39,098 bases of DNA from Catajapyx aquilonaris (Eukaryota): the NCBI GenBank assembly GCA_000934665.2, contig KZ538203.1, forward strand, positions 62,001 through 101,098, read 5' to 3'. The notes below the pieces were generated by a model. It was given only the letters and a program-made list of their open reading frames with translations, had not been told where the DNA came from and did no database searches. Below, piece after piece: positions 21,887 to 33,883 of this stretch. Every line of letters starts with the position of its first letter. The stretch's first letter is position 1. Both the position numbers and the translations under genes were made by a program.

Positions 21887-22761
21887 TCTTCCTGCTCCTG
21901 TAAATGCCCCAACTCTATGAGGTCAACCTCCCCTTCTCCAATTGCTAGCTTGACTCCAATGGGAAGTGTAACTAGATGTCACTGGCACAGGATATGAATT
22001 ATTGACACAATATGGATAGATTTGAGTGGATGCAGCAGGATGTCTGGTCCTATCCTCACTCAAGGGCTCTCAGGCCACACCCCTAGTCTCACCCTCCACG
22101 TGGAGGCTAATTTGAAACTAGAAGATATAATCAGCTTCTGGTCTCAGCAATGCTAATATTTTACGTAAGATTGTACTAACCGTTGGATATCATGTGGAAT
22201 GTGCAACTTGTGCCGAAAGAGTTATGAATCAGACGTGCTAAAGGCAACGTTGTGATAACTTATGGCACACACATTGTTTGTACGGCAATAAATGAGCAGT
22301 TATTGCTACTGAGAAATGCTTTACAGATGTAGAGGAAAATATTGCAATCGGTGAAAGATTAACCAACTGATCATGCTTTGCCGTAACTCCTACTGTACAG
22401 CTGAAATGGTCTGATTTGTTTTTGCCGCTTTGTTACAAACTTAGAACTGCCTTTGAAATTACTTGTAACATTGCATATCAAACCTGAGATAGTTGTCACA
22501 AAATATTGCATAACTATAAAACCATAATTAAGAATTCTTAAAATCATTATTTGAAACACTGGAAAATGTCAGTTAAAGTATGCTTCTACATGTTTGCCGT
22601 GTTTAGTGATAAAAACTTCAGTTCTAGAACACACTTTATTTCTAAACTTGTAAGACAGCATGGAGAAGATGACAAAAAAATGCATTTACCTGTGCAGTGA
22701 GACTATTTCCTCAAGTACTTGCAGTAGCACATACACTTTATTTTCACACATGATCAAAATA

Positions 22762-23801
22762 TTATGCCTGTATCAAGGCTGCCAGGTGCTGACAAATGTC
22801 TTTAGCTGATGGCCTCTCATCTGGAACCTCACTAGTACAGCAGTAGAACAGCTCAATGACAGGCTTGTAGCTATCATCAAAAGAGTGGTCTGGAAGGGCT
22901 GGCCTTGTCCCAATCCTCTTCTCAAACTCTTGCTCCTCAACCTCCAGCCTCTCAGTGATTGACTCCTCAGTGGCCGATTCCCAACTCATATCATCATTGT
23001 TCACATGTGGTGGATTCAGCGACATCATCTCCCACAGGACCAACCCATACGAAAATATATCCGTCTTGTGAGTGACAACGCCATTTTCGCTCACCGCCTC
23101 CTTAGCTGACCAGCAACGAGTTCCAATGTAGATCTCAGTCGGATCACTCACAATACCCTTCTCATTGAGTTGCAGACTAACCCCAAAGTCACACAACTTG
23201 GCCGCCTCAAACTCGCCTGCAATCAGTATGTTAGCACTCTTGATATCACCATGCAGCAAGCGCTTCTCATCATGCAGGTAGCTAAGCGCCAACGCAACAT
23301 CATATGCCACTTTTAGGATGTATCCTGCCAGGAATGGCCCGCCATCCTCCTCATTGCGCTTCTCGACCAGATCACCCAGGGAAACATGCCCATGCTCCAT
23401 AGCGAGACAGGCATCACCTGATATGTTCTTCCCAAATGCCCGGAAGCCAATTATGTTTGGATGCTTGAGCTCCTTCAGAATTTCAGCCTCCAAGCGCAGA
23501 CGAGATGCAGCTGAGCGGCTGCACTGATACTTGGAGTTCACCTTCTTCAAAGCCCACGGGGATTTGTACTGGCAGGGGGAGCGGGGAGACCGCTCCATCA
23601 GGAACACATCCACACCTGTAAAAGTATACATGAAGGTAGAGTCCAGCTCATTGTTGCAGCAAATCGGGTCATACCAGTTCCATATCCTATTTTCTTCAGG
23701 AAAGGTGTTGGCGGCAGACGCATAATGGGCGTCGATGGAGGCTTGTCAGACACATCGCGACGTCGGTTGGTCGGTTCAGGGCTCTGGAACACATCCGCCA
23801 T
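22762..23801 (-). CDS. PBK: PBK/TOPK (PDZ-binding, lymphokine-activated killer T-cell-originated) mitotic kinase, about 326 aa. Exons 23801-23675 and 23615-22762
   Basis: A 59-nt GT-AG intron joins MADVFQSP...PPTPFLKKIGYGTG to VDVFLMERSPR...SPWALKK, the PBK-type N-lobe. Kinase motifs HGDIKSANIL, LCDFGVS, YIGT..W..KE and DIFSYGLVLWEM are present. Candidate polyA signals are TTTATT on + at 22635-22640 and 22737-22742. Confidence 0.93.
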
Positions 23802-23899
23802 GGTCTCCTCCGAAACACACCCAGACACGTCAGCAGTACAAGACCGGCAACGAAAACGAACTTGTAACGAAAACGAAACGTCAACCGCCACCGGAATTC

Positions 23900-24200
23900 T
23901 GTCGCCTGATTCGTGGATTAATATTTTAAACTCTAGGCTCTGATTGGGTCCAGTATTGTTAGCCAATAAGACCGCCAATTCAACAGAACAGATGACGATC
24001 ACAGGGCGCGGCGTTCGGCTTTTTGAGTTGCACGTGCAAACTGTGAGGGTCAACCTTTGTATGATGCTTCCTGGATCCGTCCGTTGATTGTACTGTACTG
24101 TACTGTACCAATCAAGGTGAAACGGGCGCAACTGGTGGTTGGCGGGTAAGAAGATGGCAGGTTGTAGGGTTAAGTCAATATGTAAAGGGTGTTTGAATGA
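23900..24200. promoter_or_regulatory. Probable divergent promoter region between PBK (-) and glucuronidase 1 (+)
   Basis: CpG-rich relative to the flanks. CCAAT boxes at 23943-23947 (minus), 23963-23967 and 23975-23979. CHR-like TTTAAA at 23925-23930 lies downstream of CCAAT on the PBK strand. E2F-like TTGGCGGG near 24139. A + strand donor CAG|GTAAGG near 24295 and an acceptor at 24583 suggest a 5'UTR exon of the glucuronidase. Confidence 0.5.
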
Positions 24201-24611
24201 CAACGGTATCAGCTGGATGGGAGATTAGATATTTGGAGCATTGCAGTGTGACCTCAAACAGAATGCTGTAGAATTTGGTACCGCAAATACACAGGTAAGG
24301 CAGATGTAGTACGCAGGTGTTGATAGGCAAGTCATACCGTGGGGGTATTAACCTAAATGTCGCATGTTTACATAGAGATTTTGATAATAGAGGACCCACT
24401 TTAAGGGCCTTAATAACCGCACCGTTGACTACAAGCCGTTCACAGGCTACTCTATCACACTATTACACCCATATCAGGTACCCCTAAGGCCAACTGTTGC
24501 AAGGTGCAACCAGCATGTATTAATGATATTACTAACCAGCATTGTGTGCTGATGATATTTACATGTATCACTTTCCATCAACAGGAACGAGTGGTGACAG
24601 GCAGTCCAACC

Positions 24612-27600
24612 ATGCTGCTTTTGTTTGCACTACTTGTCCCAGCGTCGTCCCAGCAGTTGACGGGAGGGATGCTGTACCCAAGAGCATCTGAGTCTAGAGA
24701 ACTTGTGTCCCTAGATGGAGTTTGGGACTTCAGGGCCAGTCCTGACAATGACCAATCCGAGGGTTTTAGGGAATCGTGGTTCAAAAAAAGATTGGCTCAG
24801 ACAGGTGAAGTTCAGCCTATGCCAGTGCCTTCTAGTTACAATGATGTGACCCAAAATGCCAGTCTGCGTGACTACATTGGTTGGGTGTGGTATGATCGAG
24901 AGTTCTACATTCCTGCTAGGTGGAAGCAAGATGGGAGGGTTGTCTTGCGCTTTGGAAGTGTTCATTACTACACCATGGTGGTAAGTGCTGGTGTATGCAG
25001 GGGTAGTTTAGATGTCAAATACCCCCTTGGTTTTCTTGCAGTGGGTGAATGGAATATCAGCAGTGAACCACAGTGGAGGCCACTTGCCTTTTGAGGCAGA
25101 TGTAACCAAACTTCTGCATGCGAATTGTAGCAACTTGGTCACAGTAGCTGTCAACAACACTCTCACCACCTACACCATACCCCAAGGAGAGACAATTACT
25201 CATCCGAACAGTTCAAGGTACAGTATCAGTAATAATTTTGAACTGCTGAAACCCTACATGCCTGACCGTGTTAATACGACTGAGAATCCTATGGCATTAA
25301 TTCCTCATTCCCTGTGCTTAATTTCCTGCAGATATCCGCCAGGTTTTCATGCGCAAGAATACAGCTTTGACTTTTTCAATTATGCTGGAATTCATCGTCC
25401 TGTGCACCTGTACACCACACCCAACACCTACATTGAAGATATTACTGTCACAACTGAAATTCTGGGCGAAACCGCAGGTAATTCTGAATCATTGAGCACA
25501 CTTACAGTTGGTATTGTTTTTGGCCAGGTGTTATTCATTATAGAGTGGATTACAAGTCTGAATCAGCAGAGCAGCAAGTTGTTTGTTATGTCGAGCTGTT
25601 CAACAAGAAACGAATCATGGTGGGAACTGCAAAAGGATGCAAGAGTTTGGTTAAGGTGGCAAATGCCACTTTTTGGTGGCCATTTCAGATGAGTGAAGAG
25701 CCAGGATATTTGTATACTTTGAAGGTAAATAATTAAATTGGGGATAAGAATCTTATTTCTTCAGGTGCTGGGAACAGGCTTGTATTGTTACATCAGGAGA
25801 AGAAAAGCCTCAGGTCATTGTGATTCCGTGTTTGAAATTTCTTGACATTAATCCAAGTTTCAGTATTTCCATCGACTTTATTTTTGCTTGATTGGGGCCA
25901 TGGTAAATTTTACTTATGTCATGACTTGCTCATGCTGTGTAATGCAGGATGCACATTTTCACATTTACTTGAACAAGGGTAAGCCATCAGTACACTTGGG
26001 GTGAAAACATAAATTTTCTTCGTCTTGCAGGTTAATGTGGTGAGCTCCAATGGCATGGATGTGTACAGACTGCCAGTTGGGATTCGGTATGTCAGTTGGA
26101 ATAAAACTGGGATTTACATCAATTCAAGGCCTTTCTATTTTCGTGGATTTGGACGCCATGAGGACTCAGATGTGAGTATTTTTCTTGGGTAATTGATGTT
26201 GATATATGATAACCTGGAGGGGCGACACGGTGGCAGAGTGGTTATCGCCACAGCCTACCATCTCTAAGGTCCCGAGTTCGATCCCCGGGTCGAGCAGAGG
26301 ATACTTATGTGGATAGAGTTTCAATGTGTTCTCTCCGTGTTCGAGTGGGTTTTCTCGGGGTTCTCCCTTTTCCTCCCGCAATCAAAATCCATCACGTGCA
26401 GGCAATGATTAAAGTCGGTTCACAAAAAGAAGATCCCCTAAGAGGCCCAAGGTCTATCACGGGGTATCCATTATTATATGATTGCTACTTGATCCAATTC
26501 TAATAATTTTTGAAAATCACATTACAGATCAGAGGCAAAGGATTAGACCTCCCATTAGTTATCAAAGACTACAACCTCATCAAGTGGGTAGGAGCTAATT
26601 CCTACCGTACCTCACACTACCCATACGCAGAAGAAATCATGGATCAGGCAGACCAGCAAGGGATAGTCATAATTGATGAGTGCCCTGCTGTTGACCTCAG
26701 GTAATGAACACCATAATAATGTTGAACAGGATTTGAGTCACAATGTCGCTGACCAAAACATAATCTTCCCATCCTTACAATGGGCATCATTACAGTCTGG
26801 ATTGAATTTTTTAGTGTCTTCGATCAAAAGATGCTGAAGAACCACGTCCATGTGATGACTGAGTTAATTCAAAGGGACAAGAATAGGCCAAGTGTGGTAA
26901 TGTGGTCATTAGCAAATGAACCTAGGTCATCTAAAAAGGAGGCCAAGGATTATTTCAGGTAAAATCAGTATCAGCAATCACTGCCTAGCACAACCACTAA
27001 CAAGCACTTCTCACTAGTAACCTGACTTCTGTGGTGAGGAGTTTAGATCACACCAGAATTGTTTCACTGGTCATCAATGCTGATGTTTCTACTGATCAAG
27101 CAGTAGGTTGCTGCATGTTTTTAAATTTATTTTTTAATGTCCGTATTGCTTGCGCTAGGCATACTCCACCCTGCATGATCTGTGTTTAATGGGCTGTCTT
27201 CCTGTAGTCAGCTCGTTTCATATGTACACCAACTGGATTCAGGTCGTCCTGTGACTGCTGCACTGTCTGGTGGTGTTAGTTCTGACAATGCTGTATGTAC
27301 TGCATGTGCACTTCTCTGAAATGAATTAGTGTTGAACAAAGCTTCATAATGGTGTGGAACAAACAAATGTCTTTTTTTTTTCCAGGCAGCCTTTGTTGAC
27401 ATAATATGTGTGAATAGGTACTTTTCATGGTACAGTGACACAGGCCATCTGGAAGTAGTAAGGAGGCAGGTTGTCAGTGAATATACTGAATGGCATGAAA
27501 AGCATGGAAAACTTGTCATGATCTCAGAATATGGAGCTGACACCCTAGCTGGGATGCACATGGTGAGTTGGGTATTTATTTTTATTATCTTCACGAGTAA

Positions 27601-28053
27601 TAATTCTATGTATTTGTATTTTAGGACCCACCATTTGTTTGGACTGAGGACTATCAGGTGGCAATGATGTCAGAGTATTTCCAAGCATTTGATGAGCTGC
27701 GTCATGCAGGATTTTTTGTTGGGGAGATGATCTGGAATTTTGCGGACTTTGCTACAGCTCAAGGTAATTTAATTTTGATACAAATTTATTCAGTTCATAT
27801 TATTTCTTTTGTGCACTTATTAATTTTTTGTTATTTTTATTTCCAATTTTTCCTCCCTGTTTCTTGCTCTCATTTATTATTTTTGAAAGCTGTTACACGT
27901 GTAGTGGGAAACAAAAAGGGTATATTTACAAGGCAACGGCAGCCCAAAGCTTCGGCTCATTTCTTACGAGCTCGGTATCACCAGCTGGCTGAAGAGATAG
28001 ATGGGTTTAAGGACCTGAAATACCGCAGCAGAGTTTATTGCCCCAGAGTGTAA
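24612..28053 (+). CDS. GUSB: Beta-glucuronidase (GH2) paralog 1, about 636 aa. Exons 24612-24980, 25042-25217, 25332-25477, 25528-25724, 26031-26171, 26528-26700, 26815-26958, [27018-27102 or 27208-27292], 27386-27562, 27625-27763, 27890-28053
   Basis: Signal peptide, then [60 protein letters not shown], acid/base WSLANEP, NRYFSWY, nucleophile SEYGAD, WNFADF and [14 protein letters not shown]. With one copy of exon 8 the exons sum to 1911 nt. AATAAA at 28088-28093. Confidence 0.96.
26219..26475 (+). mobile_element. tRNA-derived SINE with V-domain-like core, in glucuronidase 1 intron 5
   Basis: Pol III A box TGGCAGAGTGG (26231-26241) and B box GTTCGATCC (26276-26284), followed by ...GTGTTCTCTCCGTGTTCGAGTGGGTTTTCTCGGGGTTCTCCCTTTTCCTCCC, which resembles the V-SINE central domain. 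The 3' end is approximate. Confidence 0.75.
27018..27102 (+). CDS. GUSB: Glucuronidase 1 alternative exon 8a: (S)[28 protein letters not shown]
   Basis: 85 nt, acceptor cttctcactag, donor gtaggt, phase 2/0. Homologous to the GH2 segment ...LDPSRPVTFV...D. Confidence 0.85.
27208..27292 (+). CDS. GUSB: Glucuronidase 1 alternative exon 8b: (S)[28 protein letters not shown]
   Basis: 85 nt, acceptor gtcttcctgtag, donor gtatgt, same phase as 8a, contains LD..RPVT. Confidence 0.88.
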
Positions 28054-28744
28054 TCTAAAGTTTGATATGTTATCAAACAAATGTATGAATAAATGTTTGG
28101 GACTACTGATTGCAACTGATTCAAACAAATGTGACCTCCACTCCTAGTAGTCGGTATCTGCAAAATCATATGGCGACAGAGCTTCAAAAAAATGCAAGTA
28201 TTTCATTTAATACAAAGGCAGGATTTCATGACACTTGCTTTTATGAGTGAGGCACAATCATAATTAACATTCGCGCCTGTTCGCGCACTCTAACATTATC
28301 AGCAATGTCTGAATTCTTTAAATGCTAGTGCACTTGTGCCCATGTTTGTTTTGCCATTAAGTAAAGTAGTGAATTAATTAAATCTCTGTTTTCTAGAATG
28401 CATGCTTAACTTGATCTTGATGACCTTTGCTATTGGTATGATACCAGTCCAAGTCAGTGCTCAGGTAAAGGTATACTGCCATTAATGTGTCAGTATCTGC
28501 CTGTCAATCTGTGTTACAGTTGTTGATGTATGGTGTCATTGACAAGAGAAAAAAAAAAGAGCCATGCATCACTGTGGTAAATAGCCTGACCTTCATCCGA
28601 AAGGGGAAGTTGTCATTTGCCATGCAATCATTGTCCTGCAGACCCGGAGAGAAAAAAAGGAGTCGCAGAGAAGGTTGTGTTATCTTTCTGATAGGACATC
28701 AGAACTTGATAAAATACATGGAAGTGTCAGCAGTTCATCTCAAG

Positions 28745-31700
28745 ATGTTGTGGTTAACACTTCTGCTGCTGGTTGCGTCTTGCAGTGCAGAACTGACTGG
28801 TGGGATACTGTACCCAAGGGAATCTGAGTCTAGGGAGGTCCGCTCTTTGGATGGAATATGGGATTTCAGACTGGCAGACAGGCAGCATCCACAGGTTGGA
28901 TTCAGGGAGAAGTGGTACAAACAGAGGCTGGCTGAGGTGAGATAGACTTTTAGGAATTTGGTTGGAAGAGATGGAAATGTCTGTTTGTTTGTTTGTAGAC
29001 TGGTCCAGTGCAGGGCATGCCAGTGCCTAGCAGTTACAACGATGTGACACAAGATGCAAGCATCCGAGACCACATTGGCTGGGCTTGGTATGATAGAGAA
29101 TTTTTTGTGCCACAGCGATGGTCTCAGGACAAGCAGAGAGTATTCTTACGTTTTGGAAGTGCCCACTACAATACTGAAGTAGTAAGTAGAGCACAATGCA
29201 ATATTCATATTATTTGACAATATTTACCTCAAATATTTCCTGCAGTGGGTCAACTCAGTGTCAGCTGTGAATCACACAGGCGGACACCTCCCATTTGTGG
29301 CGGAAGTGACGAAGCTGCTTAACTATGGTTCAAACAACAGAATTACTGTGGCCATCAACAATACACTAACACCGCACACAGTGCCTCAAGGTCATATTGT
29401 GCATGAGAGCAACACAAAACGGTATGGAAAATTTTATTTTAAAAATGTAATCACAGCTATGTGTGGCTAATTATTTTGGAATTCACTTTGTTGAAGGTAT
29501 CCACCAGGATATTTTGTACAAACGCTGAACTTTGACTTCTTCAACTATGCTGGAATCCACCGACCTGTCTACCTGTACACTACACCTGAGAATTATATTG
29601 ATGACATAACTGTCACCACAGACATTCTCAATGCAACCACAGCTGTGATCAACTACCATATGTCAGTAAAAGGTCCTGGAAGAAATTCTGTTCACCAACC
29701 AGGCTGCCAGGTGACCATCTATGATCGAGACATGAGATTAGTTGCAGAGAGCAATTTAGCACCAGAAGGTAAGATAGTGGTCACCAATGCTCATTTCTGG
29801 TGGCCTTATCAAATGCATCATGAGCCTGCCTACCTCTACACGATGGAAGTAAGAATCATGGTGTTATAAATCGCAACATTAAATTTTGACTTACAACATT
29901 TGTTTCAGTTTCGTGTGATTACCTCAGTTACTAGTGATGTCTACCGGATGCCAGTTGGCATTAGAACAGTAAGCTGGACATCAACTGAATTCTTCATAAA
30001 TGGGCAACCATTTTACTTCAGAGGATTTGGACGTCATGAGGATTCTGATGTAAGTTTTTGTGAAACAGCTACTTCATTATGAAATGTTGCGCAACACTTT
30101 TCCGGTTATTGTCAACACATTATTCGAGGACATTGTTGACTGTGAAGAGTTGTCTGGGAGTCGGTGCGCCGCATCACCAAAAAGTGGTTCCTGGAGGGCC
30201 TGGAGAGGTTAACTAGTACCAGTGCCAGTGCTTTCGGCTCCAGGAGGATTCTATATACAATATGTGCCTATTTTTCGACCTGCACGGGGGCTGTGTCTGT
30301 GGCAAAAAACAAACTGTCAAATCATTTTGGTACCGTCCTCGTATTAGGAACACACTGGGGCCTGCAAATTGGCTTATACCAAAGGAAGGAAACACAGAAG
30401 ATATAATTATGTATTTTGCAGATGTTCCTGTAGTGGAACATGGGTTACTTTTTTAAATGCCTTATGTGAGTCATTTTTCCGCAGATTCGGGGTAAAGGTG
30501 TGGATAATGCGTTGCTAATTAAGGACTACAATTTGCTGAAATGGATTGGTGCTAACTCCTATCGAACTTCACATTACCCATATGCAGAAGAGATTTTAGA
30601 TCAGGCTGATAAACAAGGGATTGTCATTATCAATGAAAGTCCTGCCATTGGTCTGGAGTATGTTGTGATGACTGAATCCATAGGGATATCACAAAATAAA
30701 ATGCTACTTTCTTTTGCAGTGGATTTGATGACCTTCTATTGAAACAACACAAGCGAGTGATGGCAGAGTTTGTGCGGAGGGACAAGAACAGGCCTAGTGT
30801 TGTCATGTGGTCTATTGGAAATGAGCCGCAATCACAGAAGAATGCATCAGGACCTTATTTCAAGTAGGACAATAAGAAAGCTTTTTTCTCCCTTACTCAA
30901 TATTCAGAGTTCATCATTGGCACCATCTGTTGTGCTCTAGTCACGCCTTTTCAAAAATGTTATGCCAGGGCGGAAGGGAGTGACAATTCATACACTCTTG
31001 ACCTGTGTTTATTTTTAACTAGAAATCTATACAGTATATTTGCCCAGCATGGCCAATTTTTCCCTAGGGATAGAAACAGTGCGCCATGCAAAGTAGCACT
31101 GAGTAACACTTATTACTACTCATTCCTATCCTTGTTAGGTCTGTGGTTGAATACACCAAGACACTTGACACAACACGACCTGTGACTCTTGTCATCAGTG
31201 CGGGATACCAAGTGGACCATGGTGTAAGCTGCATGAGGGTCCTTTCTGGTAGAATTTTCAATGTAAATTTACAACATTTCAGGCACAATATATGGATGTA
31301 GTTAGCATCAACCGTTATTTCTCATGGTATTCTGACACAGGCCATTTAGAAGTCATACAGCCCCAAACGTTGGATGAAGTTCACCAGTGGCATCATAAGT
31401 TTGGCAAGCCTGTCATTATGACAGAATATGGAGCTGGTACAGTGGCTGGAATGCATATGGTAATGAAGACCTAGTTGATTTTGATATCCAATGTTAGCTT
31501 GCCTGTCTGTTGTTAGGACCCGCCGTTTGTGTGGACGGAAGATTACGAAGTGGCACTGCTTCTGGAGAACTTCAAGGCATTTGATGTGCTGCGACACAAC
31601 TCATCATCTGGATTCATTGGGGAGATGATTTGGAATTTTGCAGATTTTGCAGTGCCGCAAGGTTTGTTGTTATCAGGAGGTTGGAAGGAGGGAGTAGAGT

Positions 31701-31938
31701 TTATTTTTTCTCAAAGGATTTTATAATTCTGCTATCTGTAAAGTTCTGAACTTAATTCTTTTGTCACTCCCATGTAACAGAGTACATTCGTCCATGGGGT
31801 TGCATGAAAGGTGTGTTCACACGGCAGAGGCAACCCAAAGCTGCTGCCCATGTTGTGCGCTGGCGATACTGGAGTGTTGCTAACGAGACTCTTGGAAGTG
31901 GATTCCCAGCTGACGTTAGAATGTGGGGTTACTTTTAG
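28745..31938 (+). CDS. GUSB: Beta-glucuronidase-like (GH2) paralog 2, about 641 aa. Exons 28745-28936, 28999-29181, 29246-29421, 29497-29848, 29909-30049, 30485-30657, 30720-30863, 31139-31223, 31283-31459, 31517-31661, 31781-31938
   Basis: Signal peptide [15 protein letters not shown] and the same GH2 motifs as paralog 1 (WSIGNEP, NRYFSWY, TEYGAG, WNFADF). The exons sum to 1926 nt in one frame. The C-terminal motif reads [17 protein letters not shown]. Confidence 0.95.
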
Positions 31939-32774
31939 TATTGGTTGTATTGCTAAATTGTCACTAAAACAATTCAGTGATATTTTAATTCTGGTCCTCA
32001 ATGTGTTAATACAACCCACTTGTTGCATTGTTGACTTACAGTTAGTGTTCATTTGGAAAGAAATGTTTCAGTTTTGGCAATCTGCCTGTCAAAGGCAATT
32101 AAGCATTATAAGGACATTGTTTAAGTTGAGAAAAAGTTTCATTAAATTGGTTTCCAAATATCGTGATTTTGTGTGCTGTTAGAGTACCATGACATTTGGA
32201 TATGATGAAGCTTGATTACAAAGTGCAACAAATCTGCGAAATACATATTACTTATGTTATTTCTGACTTTGTCACGATTTTCATAGATGTTCCCAGACAG
32301 TCCCGGAAGACAGTGCATATTTAATGAGATTCTGGGAATATTAAAACTGTTTATTCTTGGCGCATGGATATTACAGTACTGGAGTCATACATGAGATATG
32401 CACTTACTTAGACATGTTATTAATACTGGATAGCAAACAGCGTTGCTTCTCCATAATAGATGAAACCCCATAAAACCATTCCGTATACTGTACAATACCC
32501 ATACCGTATATCTGTTGCTGGAAGTTCAGAGCACAGAAATAATTAATTACAATATGAAATAATGATTCATGAAATATTGTCATTGCAAATATATCGGTTT
32601 ATTTATGCCCTCAAACACATTCAATCCGTACACAATAATTATAAAATGAGGTGGTAACAAAAGCAATGGCGATCACATTAATGGAAGATTTTTTTTGTCA
32701 CACTAAATAACAACTTGGCATAAATGCTGAGTAACGGACTCTTTGCAGTAACTCAAAATGTTCAGATTCATTAA

Positions 32775-33883
32775 CCCCTTCGGCCCCAGCCGCCTAGAAT
32801 CTAGGGATGAGAACTCGACCGCCAGGTACCAGATATACCTCCATCGCCTAGATTCTTTTTGCTTCCGTTCCACTTGCAAATAAGGACAAGAGATTTAATA
32901 ATTAATAAAAAAATAATTCATACCCCGTTATCAGCCATCGGCTCTTTAGGGGGGAAGTTTGTTTTGCCTGGAACTCCTTGCTTTCATTTTACTGTGCTCA
33001 TTGGGATAGGATAGGAATGGAAGGAAGCAGCTGTGGCCTATTAATTACGGAAGCAACCCCGGAATTTCCCTGGAAGGGCCGTGGGAAACCACAGAAAACC
33101 ACGGTCAGAGTTGCCGACCCCGGGATTCGAACCCAGGACCTCCCGATTAGCAGTCGGACGCCTTATCCACTATGCCAACCTGCTTCGGTAAATAAGGACA
33201 AGAGATTTTACAAATAATAATAGCTATACTTTTATATTCATGCTCTACAGTCTACACAACGCATGTGTTGGAAACAATTTTACTCATATGTAGAAGCCAG
33301 TAAATTAATTTCTAATAAGATCGCTGGAAAAGATGAAAATCCAAGTACTACCGGCCAGCTGCTAGGCTGATTTATTTACGAAATAAGTTAAATTATACGG
33401 AATTGCAATCTTGAGAACCATGCCAGAAGACTTTGTTGAAATCGCTGTACTTTCCGAGAAATAAATTAATACTTTTCTGTGACTTGCCTGTCCCTTCGGA
33501 TAACTCCCATTTACTTATTTCTCGAAAAGTACGAATATTTCAGCAAATTCATCTGGCATCCTTCTCAAGATTGTTGTTCAGTATATTTTAACGTATTTCA
33601 GAATTAAATCAGCCTAGCAGTTGGCCAGTAGTACTTGAATTTTCATCTCTTACACCGATCTTTTTGGAAATTAATTTAGGGACTTCTATGGGAGGAAAAT
33701 GGTTTCCACCACTTTCATAGTGTTTTCCACGAACGAGTAAGTGTAGCTGTTACTATTTGTAAAATATCTCATTCATGTCTTCAGTGCACGCGTAAGCGTA
33801 ACACTAGGCAATGGCTGGTACTGCTCGGTCGAGTTCTCATCGCCTATAGAAGCCTAGATTCTAGGTGGCTGGGGCAGAATGGG
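32775..33883. mobile_element. Non-autonomous piggyBac-like foldback DNA transposon
   Basis: TTAA at 32771-32774 and 33884-33887. TIRs are CCCCTTCGGCCCCAGCCGCCTAGAATCTAGG and CCTAGATTCTAGGTGGCTGGGGCAGAATGGG, with a subterminal GATGAGAACTCGACCG / CGGTCGAGTTCTCATC pair. A long degenerate internal inverted repeat runs about 33210-33470 versus about 33510-33770. Confidence 0.85.
32897..33189 (-). mobile_element. tRNA-derived SINE nested in the piggyBac-like element
   Basis: On the minus strand: A box TGGCATAGTGG, B box GGTTCGAATCCC and an AT-rich tail. Flanked by a 19-bp direct repeat AAATAAGGACAAGAGATTT at 32878-32896 and 33190-33208 (TSD). Confidence 0.88.

Noticed and set aside
23598..24203. 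201-aa minus-strand ORF extending PBK upstream
   Set aside because: Only the part from ATG 23801 to the donor at 23675 is PBK-like. The remainder crosses the promoter and the intron.
30908..30990. Possible decayed second exon 8 in glucuronidase 2 intron 7 (acceptor-like ATATTCAG, ending ...SDNS after 83 nt)
   Set aside because: No GT donor, the frame is broken and LD..RPVT is absent. The similarity may be chance.
33090..33185. tRNA-like sequence on the minus strand (also 26221-26295 on +)
   Set aside because: A/B boxes are followed by a SINE body, with a TSD in the 33 kb copy. These are SINE heads, not tRNA genes.
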